This document shows positions 19,109 through 28,622 of a stretch of 64,000 nt of DNA, piece by piece. The notes beneath the pieces are model-generated. The model saw only the letters and a list, made by a program, of their open reading frames with translations, made no database searches and was not told the DNA's origin. The DNA comes from Bacteroidota bacterium. GTDB lineage: Bacteria > Bacteroidota > Bacteroidia > Bacteroidales > JAAUTT01. The DNA lies in the NCBI GenBank assembly GCA_023429135.1, contig JAEYWD010000033.1:372-64371 (forward strand), given 5' to 3'. The position numbers and the translations under genes are program-made. The number at the start of each line of letters is the position of its first letter. The first letter of the stretch is position 1.

Positions 19109-20407
19109 ATGAAATTTTGCAGTACAAATAACAGAGAAGCAATAGTAGGGTTAAAAGATGCCGTTTTAAAAGGACTGGCTGATGATAATGGTTTGTATAT
19201 GCCGGTTACTATGCCAAAGCTTCCTGCCAAAGTAATCGATAATATCTCCAACCTTACATTTCAGGAACTTGCCTTCGAAATTGTACGGCCGTTTATGGCC
19301 GAAGATATGCCCGACCATGAACTCTCGCTTATTGTTAACGAAGCTTTGAATTTCGATGTTCCTCTTGTGAAGGTGGAAAGCAATATTTCGGCCCTCGAGT
19401 TATTTCACGGACCAACCCTGGCTTTTAAAGACTTTGGAGCACGTTTTATGGCTCGCCTTTTAGGATATTTTACCAAAGATCTGAATAAAGAAATTCATGT
19501 TTTGGTTGCTACATCTGGCGATACTGGAAGTGCTGTAGCCAATGGTTTTTTAGGCGTTCCCGGAATTAAGGTGCATGTGCTTTTTCCCAGCGGTTTGGTT
19601 ACAAAAATTCAGGAAAAGCAATTTACAACCCTGGGACAAAATATAACAGCGCTCGAAATTGACGGTACCTTCGACGATTGCCAGCACCTGGTTAAAAAAG
19701 CATTTTTGGATGCAGACCTTAAGAATTCGCTTATATTAACTTCGGCAAACTCCATCAATCTTGGCCGGTTAATTCCACAGTCGTTTTACTATGCCTATGC
19801 TTATGGTCAGGCTGCCAAGACTAATTCTGATGTAATTTTTTCGGTTCCCAGTGGTAATTTTGGTAATCTCACTGCCGGTCTCTTTGCCAAAGCAATGGGT
19901 GTTCCCATCAAACATTTTATTGCAGCAACCAATATTAACGATATTTTCCCCAAATACCTCGAAACTGCTCAGTTTGAGCCAAAGGCCTCAGTTGCTACCA
20001 TTGCTAATGCCATGGATGTTGGTAATCCCAGTAATTTTGCACGCATTCTCCATCTTTATAACCAGTCGCACCAGTCAATTTCGAAAGATATTACCGGATA
20101 CCGGTATAAGGACGAAGATGTTAAAGATGTTTTAAGGGATACATATGAAACCACTGGTTATATGCTCGATCCACACGGAGCTATCGGTTATATGGCTTTA
20201 AAAAGTTTTCTGGAAAAAAATAAAGGAAACGGAATTTTCCTCGAAACTGCACACCCTGCCAAATTCCTTGAAACTGTGGAGCCAATAATTGGTAAAAAAA
20301 TTGATATTCCCGCCAAACTCCGGAAGTTTATTGAGGGAGATAGCAAAACTTTACCTTTGTCATCTCGTTTTGAGGATTTTAAAAATTATCTGCAAAGTCT
20401 TAGGTAA
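19109..20407 (+). CDS. thrC: threonine synthase
   Basis: 432 aa with the PLP-lysine motif (HGPTLAFKDFG), ATSGDTGSA and SANSIN.GRL. Confidence 0.92.
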   Translation: MKFCSTNNREAIVGLKDAVLKGLADDNGLYMPVTMPKLPAKVIDNISNLTFQELAFEIVRPFMAEDMPDHELSLIVNEALNFDVPLVKVESNISALELFHGPTLAFKDFGARFMARLLGYFTKDLNKEIHVLVATSGDTGSAVANGFLGVPGIKVHVLFPSGLVTKIQEKQFTTLGQNITALEIDGTFDDCQHLVKKAFLDADLKNSLILTSANSINLGRLIPQSFYYAYAYGQAAKTNSDVIFSVPSGNFGNLTAGLFAKAMGVPIKHFIAATNINDIFPKYLETAQFEPKASVATIANAMDVGNPSNFARILHLYNQSHQSISKDITGYRYKDEDVKDVLRDTYETTGYMLDPHGAIGYMALKSFLEKNKGNGIFLETAHPAKFLETVEPIIGKKIDIPAKLRKFIEGDSKTLPLSSRFEDFKNYLQSLR

Positions 20408-20516
20408 TTGTAGCATCTACTTGGTGAATAAGCTGAATGCCTGAATTTGTATTTTAATATACTTGACATTCGGGTATTATTGTATTAATTTTAAGCTAAC
20501 CAATTTATTTTCCGCC

Positions 20517-21005
20517 ATGAAAAATCTATATGTAATTTTTGCATTAGCAGTGTTTTTTTCTGCATGTCAGAAGAGAGCTGAAACAAAAGTTGACTTGAAC
20601 AGTGTGACTGAAGAAGTGAACACTTTTATGGAAAAGAACAAGAAAATATGGGAAACAAACGACACAACCGCATTAAGGGAAATTTATGCCGACGAGCTGG
20701 TCATTTTTGGAACTGATCCTTCTGAATTATGGACCAAACGTCAATATTTGGACGAATGGAAAAAAATAATAGCGGGAGGTTTTATATTTGAGCATTCGGA
20801 AATAAAGAGAGACATTCGTGTTGCCAAAAACGGGAAATCAGCGATGGTTTCAGAACAATACTTCATACCTATGATCAGTTCTAAATTTCAGGTCAGAGCT
20901 GTTTTTCAAGTTGAGAAAAATGGAGATAACTGGCTGATCAATTATTTAAGTTGGGCAATAATTCCAAGGAATGAAGATATAGAAAAGTTAAATGCTGCTT
21001 TATAA
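20517..21005 (+). CDS. NTF2/SnoaL-like (DUF4440-type) lipoprotein
   Basis: Starts at the ATG at 20517 (MKNLYVIFALAVFFSAC); the track ORF starts at an upstream TTG. About 160 aa with an NTF2-like alpha+beta pattern. Weak family call. Confidence 0.5.
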   Translation: MKNLYVIFALAVFFSACQKRAETKVDLNSVTEEVNTFMEKNKKIWETNDTTALREIYADELVIFGTDPSELWTKRQYLDEWKKIIAGGFIFEHSEIKRDIRVAKNGKSAMVSEQYFIPMISSKFQVRAVFQVEKNGDNWLINYLSWAIIPRNEDIEKLNAAL

Positions 21006-21044
21006 GTGTATCTGAAGCAGTAGCAAGGCCTGCTAATGCTTAAA

Positions 21045-21854
21045 TTATTCGATTACAACTCTAAATCCGTTGTTACTTATAGAATAGGAAATTTCCCTGT
21101 CATCGTAATCGATGAGAATGTCCATATTGGAACCCAGGAATGATCCGCCTCTTACCCGTTGTGCTTTGTTGGAATCTTTGAGGGTAGTCCATTCCCACAC
21201 ATTCCCATTCATGTCGTATATGCCTACTTCATTAGGTGATAATTGTCCTACATCATGAATTTGCATATCAGAATTGTAATAATTCCAGGCAATTTCATTT
21301 TTGATATCGCTTCCACTGTAAAGAAAGTTTTTTGTTAACTGTCCGCCTCGGGCAGCGTACTCCCACTGTTCGAACGAGGGAACTTTATATTTCAGACCGG
21401 TTCTTTTGCTGATCCACTTGCAAAACTTATTGCAGTCAATCCACGATACATGAATCACAGGTTTATTATAATCCGAATCTTTTCTCAACTCATTATTTTC
21501 ATCGTATCTCCAGTTTAGTCCTTTACCTTTCTCAGAAACTTTGGAATCGGTACCTTCAATTTTTTTCCAGTAATAGCTGTATCCGCGTTTTTCCGCTGTT
21601 GTACGATATCCGGTTGCATCAATAAAAGCTTTAAACTGGGCAACAGTTACTTCGTATTTCGAAATCTGAAAATCGTCCATGTGTTTTATATATGCCTTTA
21701 TCAGATCACTCTTGCACTTTGAGGTGTCGTTATACTGACAGTTGAAAACGAATTCTCCACCTTTTATAGTAACCATTTCAATTTCAGGTAATTTGACTTT
21801 AGTCTGACAGGCCATTAAAAATGGTACAATAAAAACAAATAGCCTTTTATTCAT
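21045..21854 (-). CDS. FGE-sulfatase (SUMF1/formylglycine-generating-enzyme-like) domain lipoprotein
   Basis: Starts at MNKRLFVFIVPFLMAC. Carries ISKYEVTVAQFKAFIDATGY, PVIHVSWIDCNKFCKW, VPSFEQWEYAARGG, GIYDMNGNVWEW and RVRGGSF. Confidence 0.8.
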   Translation of the reverse strand: MNKRLFVFIVPFLMACQTKVKLPEIEMVTIKGGEFVFNCQYNDTSKCKSDLIKAYIKHMDDFQISKYEVTVAQFKAFIDATGYRTTAEKRGYSYYWKKIEGTDSKVSEKGKGLNWRYDENNELRKDSDYNKPVIHVSWIDCNKFCKWISKRTGLKYKVPSFEQWEYAARGGQLTKNFLYSGSDIKNEIAWNYYNSDMQIHDVGQLSPNEVGIYDMNGNVWEWTTLKDSNKAQRVRGGSFLGSNMDILIDYDDREISYSISNNGFRVVIE

Positions 21855-22003
21855 AATTGATGGGGGTTTGTTATTTTGCAGAAGCTTAAACAAAACAAAT
21901 GTAGAAATTTAGAATAATCAGTATTAATTATTCTAATAATTGATTTTTGCTAACTACTTTTTTCAAATTTCACGTAAAAGAGATCTGGCAAATAATCCAA
22001 TTT

Positions 22004-23581
22004 ATGCAATACATTTCGCCTTTCTCAGTATTGGGGATAGATATAGAAGAATTTAGTCAAAAGCCTGAGGCCATCAATATATCTTTTCTTCGCAAGAAAA
22101 TACTTGCTGAATTTGAACTTAGCAACACAGTTACTATTGAAACTCCTGCCGGAGAACTTTCGAAGAACGATGTATTAGTGGTTTTGGATCAGTTGCAGAA
22201 TGCCGACATTTTTAACTTCCACATTCAGATCACTAAAGATCCAATTCTTTTGGACTTTTTGCAATACGGCGCCCTGGAAGGTGTATTTATTAAAAATCCG
22301 CTTTACAATGACGCTGACTTCCTGAAATTTATATCACCTTATTTTGCTCATTCATATTGTTCTCTTGTTATTTTTATTCTCGAGAACGAGGGAGAGGCTA
22401 ACCCAAACTTATATAGAATACCTCTTCTCATTACTCCAAGTGAAAAACTTTCGCTACTTCAACCCATCAGGCGAAAAATCCTGGACCTGGTTTCAGAAAT
22501 TGAAAAAAATACTTCCTTAATAGCAGATAATAAACGTTTACCCCCTCAAATAAACGAGCAACTTTTCGGCTATAATATCATAAGAATTTTAAACATAATC
22601 GATTACACGGTTTTTGAGCACGATATTGAAGCTTATGTGAATGCCTCCATTGAACTCTTAAATGCTTGTATTACCGATTCAGCCAAAAGATTCCACAAAG
22701 GCGAGCAGGTGCATTTTATACTGAAGCGGCTGGAAATGCTGAAAATGAGTGATGAAAATGCCGAGATTGTTAAGCATTATCTTTCCTTTTTTCAGGAGCA
22801 GCCTAAAGTGGAAGAAAGTTCGGGCGAGAGTATTGTTAAAGCAATTTCATTTATTATTATTGTAATCGTCCTTATGCAAATTGTGCCGAAATGTAACAGG
22901 GGCGATACACCCAATTACCGAAGCTCTTTGAATAATATGATTACAGAGGCGGCAGATACCACCTCCGATACCGATTCAATAAAACACCGGCGCATTTTCA
23001 ATTATTTGAAATTCGGATTTGTTGGAATTTACAAATTTGGTATAAAAAACCCTACATCACGGCATCAATCCTTTAGAACCGGCGATAATCCTTATCCTGC
23101 TCTTTCGTGTCTCGATATTAGTACAAAGGATAAAGCAAATAGTTTAAAGGTTGTTAACCGCACCGATAGAGATCTTGTAAGCATTTTAAATACAGGATCC
23201 GGAAATGCTTTTGTATATATTACTTCACACGACAGTGTATTTATTGGAATAAATATATCAAGTGCCGATGTAATTTTTATGGCCGGGCGTAATTGGGATG
23301 CCAATAGTAAGCTGGTAAAAGTTATTTGGCCAGGCGAAAAAACTTATCATAAGGATATTTATGGAGCCTTTTCGGAGGTTCCTGTAAATTTTTTCAGTTT
23401 GTTATCTGTCACAAAAATCAGGTTTTTAACTAAAGCTGAAAAGACCAGTAAACAGCTCAGGAAAATGCCAGAATTTTCCTTTTTTAACAAGGGGGATTCG
23501 ATTAAGATGAATGAATTTCTTCCGCATAAAATCCTGGAAGAAGATGCCAGGCTTGAAAGTACAGTGGAAATAAATAATTAA
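22004..23581 (+). CDS. paralog 1 (525 aa) of a tandem family: J-like HPD-less N-terminus, helical region, one TM helix (aa ~277-294), ~230-aa C-terminal extracytoplasmic domain
   Basis: Starts at the ATG at 22004 (MQYISPFSVLGIDIEEF...); the track begins at an upstream TTG. The first ~150 aa are roughly two-thirds identical to paralog 2 by eye. The first 20 nt are identical to paralog 2. The TM segment is AISFIIIVIVLMQIV. Confidence 0.8.
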   Translation: MQYISPFSVLGIDIEEFSQKPEAINISFLRKKILAEFELSNTVTIETPAGELSKNDVLVVLDQLQNADIFNFHIQITKDPILLDFLQYGALEGVFIKNPLYNDADFLKFISPYFAHSYCSLVIFILENEGEANPNLYRIPLLITPSEKLSLLQPIRRKILDLVSEIEKNTSLIADNKRLPPQINEQLFGYNIIRILNIIDYTVFEHDIEAYVNASIELLNACITDSAKRFHKGEQVHFILKRLEMLKMSDENAEIVKHYLSFFQEQPKVEESSGESIVKAISFIIIVIVLMQIVPKCNRGDTPNYRSSLNNMITEAADTTSDTDSIKHRRIFNYLKFGFVGIYKFGIKNPTSRHQSFRTGDNPYPALSCLDISTKDKANSLKVVNRTDRDLVSILNTGSGNAFVYITSHDSVFIGINISSADVIFMAGRNWDANSKLVKVIWPGEKTYHKDIYGAFSEVPVNFFSLLSVTKIRFLTKAEKTSKQLRKMPEFSFFNKGDSIKMNEFLPHKILEEDARLESTVEINN

Positions 23582-23603
23582 TATTGTTCAGAACAAAATT
23601 TAT

Positions 23604-25202
23604 ATGCAATACATTTCGCCTTTTTCTTTACTGGGGATTGATATAAAGGAAATTAACCAAAATCCTGATTCCATCAATGTTTCCTTTCTAAGAAAGAAGA
23701 TGCTTGCTGAGTTTGAGCTCAATCAATCGGTAACTATAAAAACTCATGCCGGAGAGCTTTCGAAAAACGATGTTCTGGTGGTATTGGATCAGTTGCAGAA
23801 TCCCCAGATTTTGAGATTCCACATGGAAATTGCAAAGGATAATATTTTGCTAGATTTTTTACAGCGCAATGTCCTGGAAGACACTTTTCTTAAGAACCCG
23901 GTTTACTCACAAAAGGATTTTATTGATTTTATTACACCTTATTTTGCTAACTCATACTGTACACTAATTATCCGTATTTTGGAGACTGAAGGAGAATCCA
24001 ATCCTAATTTGCACAAAATACCTATGTTGATTACTTCCGGCGAAGAACTTAAATGGCTCAACCCTATTAGGAGGAAATTATTCGATTTTATATCAACAAT
24101 TGAGGGTTGGGCACCAAAGGTTAAAACTGCGTACAGAGTAAAGCCTAACCATAATGTTCATAGAGTATTCGGCTTCAATGTTTTAAGAACACTGAATATT
24201 CTGAATCCTTATTTTGAACACCAGGTCGAAGCTTATGTAAAAGCAACTTTTACTGTGGTTGAAAGTTGTATAAACGACAAAAACAATGGCTTCCGGAATA
24301 ATGAACTGGTTTGGTTTCTTCTTAACAGAATACACACCCTGAATTTATCGCCCGAAAATTTAAAACTGGTAAATCACTATTTAAGATTTACAAACCGTAG
24401 TGAGGAAGTTCAGGTTACGAAAAAGGAAAAGAAGACAGGCTCTTTACATGGAATATGGGTGTTGTTTGTAATTGTTTTTGCTGTTGTCCGCATAGCCTCA
24501 ACATGCGATAGTAGCCGTTCTTCGATGGATTCAAATTTTTATGAGAAATATAAAAATACCTTTGCGACAAGTGATATTTATGAATCTGACTCTGCAAAGT
24601 CCAAGAGATTATTTTACAGGTTTAAAAGAGCTTATTCTAATATTTATCGGGATTCCAAAGTGAATACCACTCCGATTTATTCGCCGTTCAAAACCGGAGA
24701 AAATCCTTTCGTCCATTTACTGTCTTTCAATACCCATTACAACGATAAAAAGTTCATATTACGCTTCTCAAATAAATCCGATAAAAATATTCTTGCCATT
24801 TTTAATACACCCGATAGTAATGCTTACTTTTTTATTAAACAAAAGGAAAGCTTTACAATGGGTACAAACTCCGAAAAAGGTAAAATTTTCTTTATTGCTG
24901 GCGAAAAATGGGACTCAGATTTTGATTTGCCAGAACCTGTCTATCAAGGAGAAAGAACATACGGAGATGCCATCAGCGGTAACTTCACCAATCCACCCGA
25001 TAATTTGATGGAGATCATGAACAACGTCTCCATCCGGTTCGACGAAAAGTCCGAAGCTAAATCGGCTTCTTTTACATTTTTAAAGTCGGGCGGCTGTATC
25101 GAAATTAAAAAGAAACTGCCTGCCATACCCGTTGAAACGGTCTCCGCGAAACAAGATCAACCGGAAGTTTTAGAAGTAAAGGAAGCAACAATCGCACATT
25201 AG
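23604..25202 (+). CDS. paralog 2 (532 aa) of the same family; same architecture as paralog 1
   Basis: MQYISPFSLLGIDIKEI...LRKKMLAEFEL...ELSKNDVLVVLDQLQN. The TM segment is GIWVLFVIVFAVVRIAS. The C-terminal domain shares FKTGENPF, NKSDKNILAIFNT, FIAGEKWD and GERTYGD with paralog 1. Confidence 0.8.
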   Translation: MQYISPFSLLGIDIKEINQNPDSINVSFLRKKMLAEFELNQSVTIKTHAGELSKNDVLVVLDQLQNPQILRFHMEIAKDNILLDFLQRNVLEDTFLKNPVYSQKDFIDFITPYFANSYCTLIIRILETEGESNPNLHKIPMLITSGEELKWLNPIRRKLFDFISTIEGWAPKVKTAYRVKPNHNVHRVFGFNVLRTLNILNPYFEHQVEAYVKATFTVVESCINDKNNGFRNNELVWFLLNRIHTLNLSPENLKLVNHYLRFTNRSEEVQVTKKEKKTGSLHGIWVLFVIVFAVVRIASTCDSSRSSMDSNFYEKYKNTFATSDIYESDSAKSKRLFYRFKRAYSNIYRDSKVNTTPIYSPFKTGENPFVHLLSFNTHYNDKKFILRFSNKSDKNILAIFNTPDSNAYFFIKQKESFTMGTNSEKGKIFFIAGEKWDSDFDLPEPVYQGERTYGDAISGNFTNPPDNLMEIMNNVSIRFDEKSEAKSASFTFLKSGGCIEIKKKLPAIPVETVSAKQDQPEVLEVKEATIAH

Positions 25203-25205
25203 AAA

Positions 25206-26117
25206 ATGCAATATTTTTCGCCTTTTACCCAAATGGGGATATCGATTGATGAACTGAAAGCAGAACCTCTTCTTCTCAATTTTAATGTTTTTAAAAAAAG
25301 AGTACTGGCTGAATTTGAGCTTCATAAAAAGGTATCTATAAATTTGCCAATTGGGGAATTGTCGAAAAACGATGTTCTTTTGTTTTTTGAACGTATTCAG
25401 AAGGATTTTCAATATCATACCTGCATTGTTAAGGATGCGCCGTTATTGAAGTTTCTGGAGACGAACCATGTCGAAGAGCCATTTCTGAATTCATACAACA
25501 ATGAGGATTTCCTTTCTTTTTTAGAACCGCATTTTGTCCATTCCTATTGTACTTTTGGAATTGAGTTGCTCAACAACCAGGATCTCTCTACTGAAGTATT
25601 TTCAGCCATTCCGCTCCTAATTCCTGAGGAATTTAACCCAGACTTATTTGAACCTTTAAAAGCCCGGATAAATTCTTTAACCCATGAGATTGAAGAAATT
25701 GCCTCCATGATAACAGAAACCGATGGTATAAAACCTGCCGGCATTTATTTCCAGATTTATGGGAATAATACAATAAAAGTGCTGAATGCCCTGGATAATA
25801 AGCTTTTTTGTGATGAAAAGAATAATTACTTGCACGCAGCTGTTCAGCTTGTAAGGGCTTGTAAGAAGGAAACGGAAGCGGGTTTCCGAAACGAACAACT
25901 GGTTGAATTTATTCTTACAGGAATTGAAAAGCTGAAATCTAATATCCTTAGAGATGAAATTAAACGGCTTTCTTCCATGAAAAAAAGAATATACGATATG
26001 CCAGGAGTCGAAGAACCGGTAAACCCTTTCGCGTCCTTTTTGGTTCTGGGTGGACTTTGTATTCTGTTATTCTTTGTTATAAAGGGTATTATATTCGTGC
26101 TTCAACAGATATTTTAA
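25206..26117 (+). CDS. paralog 3 (303 aa); same N-terminal and helical region, ends right after the TM helix (no C-terminal domain)
   Basis: MQYFSPFTQMGISIDEL...FKKRVLAEFEL...ELSKNDVLLFFERIQ. The TM segment FASFLVLGGLCILLFFVIKGIIFVL lies at the C-terminus. Its stop codon overlaps the Hsp70 stop. Confidence 0.75.
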   Translation: MQYFSPFTQMGISIDELKAEPLLLNFNVFKKRVLAEFELHKKVSINLPIGELSKNDVLLFFERIQKDFQYHTCIVKDAPLLKFLETNHVEEPFLNSYNNEDFLSFLEPHFVHSYCTFGIELLNNQDLSTEVFSAIPLLIPEEFNPDLFEPLKARINSLTHEIEEIASMITETDGIKPAGIYFQIYGNNTIKVLNALDNKLFCDEKNNYLHAAVQLVRACKKETEAGFRNEQLVEFILTGIEKLKSNILRDEIKRLSSMKKRIYDMPGVEEPVNPFASFLVLGGLCILLFFVIKGIIFVLQQIF

Positions 26118-28612
26118 CCGATCCCGGTGCCTTTGATTCTGAAATCGTCTTTTTCTTCCGGCGGAAGAATAGCATTCAACTGATAAACCACACTCAGTAC
26201 TTCATCGTAATTCTTGCGTTCGAGGGCTTTTTCGCCCAATGCAATCAGTTGTTTCGCCCTTTCTTCGTTAAGGTAGTTTCTTTCCTTAAGATCGGCATAA
26301 TGGTGAAAAATCATGATGACCATATAAGGCTCTTTCTGCGATATTTTCCACTTGAGGTTACGCAGCTTTTCAGTAAGAACCGAAATGGCTCTTTTGTTGT
26401 CGGTTGCAAGCACTTCCTTTTCGCGTGCAATAAGCTTTTCCAGTTCTCTTTTATCTTCGTCGGTACCCTTGGATGTTACCCAGCTTTCGCAGGAGTTTTT
26501 GGCATCGAAGTATTCCGATTTAACCTGAACAATATGAGCGTCAACTGATACCTGATCAAAGAGCCGGGACAGTTTCCGTAGCTTATCTTCCATTTGGTAG
26601 CGGGTGTCGGTAACATCGTCCTGCGAGAGCGTGCGCGAATTCTGGTGCAGTTCCTCCAACTGGTCGAGAATTTTTTTCAGCTTGCCGGCATCTTCATATT
26701 TTTCCTCATCCTGCAACATCTTCAGATCTTGCTTGGCACGCATTATCAAAGTATAAATGTCGTCGCGGAGTTTGGTGAGATTCACCTGCCTTTCCGAAGG
26801 ACTGAACACGTTCATGAATTCTTGGTCGGTCATCAAAAAGTAGGTAGTAATTTTAAGATCGCGCGATTCGCTTATTTCCAGGGTAATTTCCACATCCGAG
26901 CCCTTCACCAGGTTACGTGCTATGTCTTTGGCATTAATCTCAATCACACCAATCGGTTGGTTTGATGAAGGACTTGAGAACCGGTCACCTTCCACAATAT
27001 TGATAATTACACTTTCATCACTGCCTTTCTGGAGAGTCTTTGATATTTCGCGAGTAATTGTTTTTTTGATGGGAAGAATGGCGTTCTTTTCGAAAATAAC
27101 CTCAAGCCGGGTGGTATTGTTTTCCAGGTCGTCAACCTCAATACAAATATCGTTTGGCAATGGCTGTCCGGTAATGTTGAATTTACCCTGTAAAATTCCT
27201 ATCGAAGGAATATCGACATCCAGCACGTTATTTTTGGAATCGTATATTTTTAAGGAAAAGCAATTAAAGGTATTTCGTGAGAGGGGTAACATTTCGGAGA
27301 TTCTCATGCCGGCAGCTTTTGTTCCCGAGTCGTAGCCTCCGTCTTCGCGGACTATACGATACGAAAGTCCTTCCCAGTTACCATCAATTTCGGCAACAAA
27401 ATATTCTTCATTATCGTGACTGGTTTTCTGATAAGCCATCCGCACTTTGATATCCGTTTTCAAAGCTCCCGCTTTTATTTCCTGTGGCCCGGCAGTTATT
27501 GTTTTAGCTTTGGAACCTGCATAATAAGCAGCGCCCACGGCAATTGCCGTTGTAGGATCTATGCTGCAGTTAACCTCTATACCCAGATTTTCCCTGATGG
27601 AATTACGCACAAAAGGTATATAGGTGCTTCCGCCAACCATAAGGATATGGTTAACATCTGCCGACGATATTCCGTTTTTTTCGAGTATTGAGCAAATCAT
27701 TTCAATGGTTGAGTCAATGCGTGGTTTAATGCATTGTTCAAACTGTGAGCGGGTAATTGTCATAAAAACTTCGTGAAGTTCTCCTTCGTCGTCGTCTGTT
27801 TCGAATTCTATTTCGGTTTTTTCGTTGAGCGAAAGCATTACTTTGGCCTCTTCGGCTTTATGCAACAGTATATAATATAATTTGTTGTATTTGCCGCTAT
27901 TGCTTTTCATTTCATGTTCCAGGTTGTTGAAATTCCCGATCTTATTCAAATGGGGAATAATAAACGATTCAATAATCTGATTATCAAAATCGAGTCCTCC
28001 CAGGAAATTATCACCTTCATGATCCACAATTTTCATTTCTCCGTCTTCGGTCTTAACAAGAGCAACGTCAAAAGTGCCCCCGCCAAGATCGTATACCAGC
28101 CATTGTTCTTTTCCGGTATTGTTGCTTTCGGTGCTGTTGGCATAGGCTAGACTGGCCGCTATGGGTTCCTGAAGCAGAAGTACTTCCCGGAACCCGGCTT
28201 CGTAACCGGCTTTTTTGGTTGCGTTGGACTGAATGGTATCGAAAGATGCCGGAATGGTTATAACCACTGATTCGATTGCTTCGTTGGTATATACAAAGTT
28301 CTTAAGCTCCTTCAGTACATACGACGACAAGTTGATAGGAGTGGTTCTGCTTCCAAGGCATTTTACATGGAAACTTTCGCTGGTTCCCATTTTACGCTTG
28401 AAAGAGCCGAACACATTCTCGGGATCTTTTTCGACATATTCCTTAGCTTTGTCTCCTACAATTACCCGTTCCTTGCGGAAACCAACCACTGATGGGAGCG
28501 TTTCTTTATGTCCGACGGGGTTTTTGAATACTTCAACTTTCCCCTGAGAGTATTTCGCGATTAATGAATTTGTGGTGCCTAAATCGATACCAAAATCAAC
28601 TGTTGATGCCAT
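26114..28612 (-). CDS. atypical Hsp70-family ATPase (832 aa) with a long helical C-terminal extension
   Basis: Actin-fold/Hsp70 motifs: FGIDLGTTNS, VITIPASF, LLQEPIAASLAY, VYDLGGGTFDVALV and MVGGSTYIPFV. A beta-sandwich-like middle region and a ~230-aa charged helical tail follow. There is no EEVD. Confidence 0.9.
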   Translation of the reverse strand: MASTVDFGIDLGTTNSLIAKYSQGKVEVFKNPVGHKETLPSVVGFRKERVIVGDKAKEYVEKDPENVFGSFKRKMGTSESFHVKCLGSRTTPINLSSYVLKELKNFVYTNEAIESVVITIPASFDTIQSNATKKAGYEAGFREVLLLQEPIAASLAYANSTESNNTGKEQWLVYDLGGGTFDVALVKTEDGEMKIVDHEGDNFLGGLDFDNQIIESFIIPHLNKIGNFNNLEHEMKSNSGKYNKLYYILLHKAEEAKVMLSLNEKTEIEFETDDDEGELHEVFMTITRSQFEQCIKPRIDSTIEMICSILEKNGISSADVNHILMVGGSTYIPFVRNSIRENLGIEVNCSIDPTTAIAVGAAYYAGSKAKTITAGPQEIKAGALKTDIKVRMAYQKTSHDNEEYFVAEIDGNWEGLSYRIVREDGGYDSGTKAAGMRISEMLPLSRNTFNCFSLKIYDSKNNVLDVDIPSIGILQGKFNITGQPLPNDICIEVDDLENNTTRLEVIFEKNAILPIKKTITREISKTLQKGSDESVIINIVEGDRFSSPSSNQPIGVIEINAKDIARNLVKGSDVEITLEISESRDLKITTYFLMTDQEFMNVFSPSERQVNLTKLRDDIYTLIMRAKQDLKMLQDEEKYEDAGKLKKILDQLEELHQNSRTLSQDDVTDTRYQMEDKLRKLSRLFDQVSVDAHIVQVKSEYFDAKNSCESWVTSKGTDEDKRELEKLIAREKEVLATDNKRAISVLTEKLRNLKWKISQKEPYMVIMIFHHYADLKERNYLNEERAKQLIALGEKALERKNYDEVLSVVYQLNAILPPEEKDDFRIKGTGIG

Positions 28613-28622
28613 ATTATTTTCT

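Noticed and set aside
22004-22130. Calling the paralog N-termini bona fide DnaJ J-domains
   Set aside because: None of the three paralogs has an HPD tripeptide at the expected position, or anywhere in the first 100 aa. Only the helix I/II spacing is reminiscent, so they are reported as J-like and hypothetical.
26057-28547. Several plus-strand ORFs (26057..26548, 26594..26965, 26922..27335, 27416..27691, 27914..28150, 28233..28547) antisense to the Hsp70 gene
   Set aside because: They are fragmented, mutually out of frame and hydrophobic/low-complexity. The minus-strand Hsp70 reading frame explains the region fully.
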